A stretch of DNA of 21,937 nucleotides, filler included, from Basidiobolus ranarum (taxonomy: Eukaryota): the NCBI GenBank assembly GCA_040143965.1. It is 20 parts of 20 records of this genome, joined end to end, with 100 filler letters (N's around TTAATTAATTAA, not from the genome) between each part and the next. Parts side by side here need not be neighbours in the genome. Positions count along the whole stretch, not along the records: positions 18,738 to 19,737 come from JASJQH010013750.1; positions 19,838 to 20,837 come from JASJQH010013751.1; positions 20,938 to 21,937 come from JASJQH010013752.1; 17 more parts are not named here. One strand, given 5' to 3'. The stretch's first letter is position 1; the number at the start of each line of letters is the position of its first letter. Shown here in pieces: positions 18,738-21,937 of the stretch. Under the pieces are notes generated by a model. The model ran no database searches. It was not told the DNA's origin and worked only from the letters and a program-made list of their open reading frames with translations. The position numbers and the translations under genes were made by a program.

Positions 18738-19737
18738 AGCAAAGGAGCCAGTGAGTGTAGGCTCTACTATCCCACTTACCAAATTCTTCACACTGCTGCA
18801 AAGATCTGTATTTCCAGAGTCAGATATACTGGCAAAAAAACTTAATTTCACCATGGAACCTGGTAGACCAGTTGGAGGAGTGCTAAATTTGAACATTGAT
18901 CCAACACCTGGCGCCTCTCAATAAGCCAAAATACCAGCAAACAAAACTCAGAGCTCTCCAACCTCAACTGGTACTTTTCAAAGTATTGAAATTAGCCACA
19001 AACTTAAAGGCAAGCAAAAAGCCACACAAACATCACAAAGCACCCTCAGTAGTCTCACACTGCAAGAACATAAAAAAATAGTAAAAGTGCTTGAGGAGTA
19101 TTTTCAAAAGTATGAAGGGAAAGAGCAGTTGACATATGCTGAAAGTGGCTTCAGAAGACAAACATTCAACTTGATAGTCAGTCTGGTGTTGACTGTGCAG
19201 ATATCTGGGAAGAACTTAATACAGAGTGGCATAATATTGCAGGGTATCTGCCAGATAGCTGGATGAATGTTGATTCAGCAATATTAATACAATGGTTGGC
19301 TTTGATGGAAATGTTTATACAAACTAATGTTGGATATGAGCTAAACCTTGGGTATGAAGAACTCTATTAAAATATTCAGGATAATATATCAAAGAAACTA
19401 GGGATTTCAAAGGTGAAAAATTAGAATTCAAGTGGTAAATGTGTAAATTTTGAGTTATGTTTTTGCTCATGTGTTGATCTATAGTTCTCTAGATTGTAGC
19501 CAATCATGTGCAACTATTTTGCAAAATCTTAAAATTTCCCTCCCAAAACTGAAAAAACTCATTAAAAGCAAATCTCACTTGACAATTTTATGATGGTAAG
19601 TAAATGGTCAATGCAATATGGATTAAAATGTGATGGTTTTCCTATATTAACAATCCTCAAATATCTGCTAGGGATATATCATTGAGTCCAAAAATTGGGC
19701 CTATGCCTGTACAGCTCAAATACATGAGCCCCAGACT
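18738..19737 (+). pseudogene. ORF-X copy 3 with upstream low-complexity region
   Basis: The frame from 18739 is open to about 19170 apart from a TAA at 18922 (..KLKGKQKATQTSQSTLSSLTLQEHKKIVKVLEEYFQKY..). It then shifts into DCADIWEELNTEWHNIAGYLPDSWMNVDSAILIQWLALMEMFIQ. Confidence 0.55.
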
Positions 19738-19837
19738 NNNNNNNNNNNNNNNNNNNNNNNNNNNNNNNNNNNNNNNNNNNNTTAATTAATTAANNNNNNN
19801 NNNNNNNNNNNNNNNNNNNNNNNNNNNNNNNNNNNNN

Positions 19838-19919
19838 ATCCAGCAATTTTAGCAAAAATATAATTTTCGAATGGCAAATTACTGGGTTTACTGCTGTAGG
19901 AATTCAAATTAATATGCAT
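19838..19919 (-). pseudogene. ORF-R start (third copy)
   Basis: TAA-AGGC-ATG followed by MHINLNSYSSKPSNLPFENYIFAKIAG up to the contig edge. Confidence 0.55.
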
Positions 19920-19923
19920 GCCT

Positions 19924-20837
19924 TTATTTAGATATTTTAGGCTTTGTAGTCCAGCCATAATGAGAATCAAAAACTACAAGAATCTTGTTGTGTTTAGTCT
20001 CTACATATGCACATACTTGACTAATTAAACATAACTCAACAACATCAATATGCTTTACCAGCAAACTAATGGTGGAAAAATTGCTAAATATCTGAAATTT
20101 TGAATAGCACTGACACTTGGCAAATAACTGAGTCTTGTTACCATTCACAATGAGAGTAAGCTCTTGGATTTTGCCAAATTTCCGTAAAGAATTCAGCCAA
20201 TATATCCCCAACTTGCAGTCAACAAATGTCCTGCCATAAGTAGATGTGTCAGTGCTTGAATAGATTACCCCATGGCTAAAATGATAATACTGCATATCTT
20301 GCTCTATCTCACCAAGAAGTCTGTCTGGCAGCTTTCCTAAAATCACCGTCAGATTATCACACAAGCAAATTAGTCCAATTATAGAGATACTTACTCTGTG
20401 TCTGTGGATTGAGCTTTGTTGCTGTTATTGTGCTCAAACAATGCATATACCCATGAGCACATTGAAAAGAGCCCTTTGTTGGCAGATTAATATACTCTGG
20501 AGTCTCCTTAACCCATTGTATTACATCCATCACTGATTTTGCTAATACACTGTTAATCAGATTAGCTTACAGTAACACTGATGATTTCACAAGGAACATC
20601 ATTTCACCGCAGGTGCACTCCATTGGGAACTCCCAGAAAGTATAGCAAGGGCCTATAATCTCTAAGCATTGTGAAAGAAGCAGCAGGGAATGTATTGAAT
20701 ACCAGCATAGATTCAGTCTATCTTTGTTAAACCTGTAATAAAGTTTTTCATATCCAATTACAAAATCTTTGCACAGTCACTGTATCTGCCTGAGATCTGC
20801 CAATGTGAGTTGATGCCGTAAGAATATATTAACAATA
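19924..20837 (-). pseudogene. CACTA transposase C-terminal half
   Basis: FVIGYEKLYYRFNKDRLNLC..SIHSLL, then PCYTFWEFPMECTCG....VKS....ANL.N (GPxxxxWxFPMERxCG motif), then FGKIQEL, ending at the stop at 19924-19926. Confidence 0.85.
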
Positions 20838-20937
20838 NNNNNNNNNNNNNNNNNNNNNNNNNNNNNNNNNNNNNNNNNNNNTTAATTAATTAANNNNNNN
20901 NNNNNNNNNNNNNNNNNNNNNNNNNNNNNNNNNNNNN

Positions 20938-21164
20938 ACCAACATGTAGAATGTGTTGAAGAAGGTCCCAGGAGCATGTATGCAAAGTTTGGGGCTTCTA
21001 GCACAAGTTTGAAAATCTATATATCTGAGAACTTCTAAGTTGGTAAATATATTACAAGTTAATGCAAATTGAGAATACTGGATAATATCTTAGTGCAATA
21101 TAAGATAACTAAGAACTAAGCTATATATGACTTTATAGGTGCTTAGGCAATGCTAATTTCAACA
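20938..21164 (-). mobile_element. Copia 3' LTR (LTR-A), truncated
   Basis: The reverse strand begins TGTTGAAATTAGCATTGCC directly after the PPT. Confidence 0.88.
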
Positions 21165-21173
21165 CTCTCCCTC
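21165..21173 (-). promoter_or_regulatory. Polypurine tract
   Basis: GAGGGAGAG immediately before the TG of the 3' LTR. Confidence 0.8.
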
Positions 21174-21937
21174 AACTCAATAGTCATATAAACTAATCCT
21201 AATACAGGTCTAAGTTTCTCAAATCTCTGTCTAGTTAATGGTTTGGTTAATATATCAGCAAACATGTCTTCTGCAGAGCAATAAGTTTAGTCACTAAACT
21301 TATTCTCTATGGTCTCTCTAATGAAGCAATGCTTAATATCTATATGTTTGCTTCTATATTAGCTAATTTGATACAACCTTGATTATCTTGAAATATTGAA
21401 GTTGGTGAATTTTGAGAATAACCTAAATATGTTAAGAGTTTTCTTAACCATATTGCTTCTTTTGTTGCTTCACGGGCAGCCACATATTCTGCTTCTGTTG
21501 TTACAAGTGCTATGGTAGGTTGTTTCATTGAATTCCAAGAAAAAGCTCCATTATAGCAAAGAAATAGGTATTGTGTTGTAGATCTCCAGTCTTCAATATT
21601 GCTTCCTCAATTGGCATCTGAAAATCCCATCAGATCAAAGTTTGATCCAGAATATGTGTACTTTAGGCATAGATCCACAGTACCTTTCAAATATCCAAAA
21701 ATCCCCTTGACTGCTGTGATTTGATCAGATCCATAATGTTGAAGATTTTGGCACATAACTCCCACAGAATATGCAATATCTGGCCATGTTCCAACCAAGA
21801 TATACATCAAACTACCAACCATAGCTTGATAAGGAAATTTCTGGCTTTTGTTTAAATTCAAAAATGTCCAATTTGAGCCATTTTTGGTCAAGGTAAGATT
21901 TGTCTCCATTGGGGTAGATACTGAATTACATTCTTCC
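21174..21937 (-). pseudogene. Copia RT end and RNase H, decayed
   Basis: STPME, FPYQAMVGSLMY...TWPDIAYSVG, GFSDAN*, KQPTIALVTTEAEYVAA..ATKEAIWLRKLL, IFQDNQGCI, KHIDIKH and ADILTKPL. Confidence 0.92.

Noticed and set aside
1049-20893. Regularly spaced TTAATTAATTAA as a CRISPR-like or biological repeat array
   Set aside because: It is always embedded in N44 on both sides and is a synthetic six-frame stop linker.
1-21937. Alternative genetic code explaining frequent in-frame TGA/TAA/TAG
   Set aside because: The stops are confined to TE relics that also have frameshifts and transition decay. The host genes translate cleanly in the standard code.

Overview
This window is not one locus. It is 20 unrelated short contigs (1004 bp falling to 1000 bp, size-sorted) joined by 19 identical 100-bp artificial linkers (N44-TTAATTAATTAA-N44), so nothing can be inferred across a linker. 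The content looks like a repeat-rich fungal genome (inference from the ARG1 and uricase sequences and the TE types). Host genes are an intronless partial argininosuccinate synthase (contig 1) and the 3' ends of two convergent, diverged urate oxidase paralogs (contig 2). Only one paralog ends in a PTS1-like tripeptide, and the other is missing from the ORF track. Most other contigs are decayed transposons. They include a multi-ORF CACTA/CMC (Transposase_21) family seen in 7 contigs, Ty1/copia pieces with two LTR families, very degenerate Ty3/gypsy RT/RNase H, a LINE-type endonuclease, a 181-bp MITE with filled and empty sites both present, and an unidentified multicopy ORF family. TE contigs are almost free of CpG while the gene contig is CpG-rich. 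I cannot support a complete new system from these fragments. The best leads are the uricase pair, the three-ORF CACTA architecture with a possible PWWP-like ORF, and a TGA-CTA in-frame stop before the LINE endonuclease.
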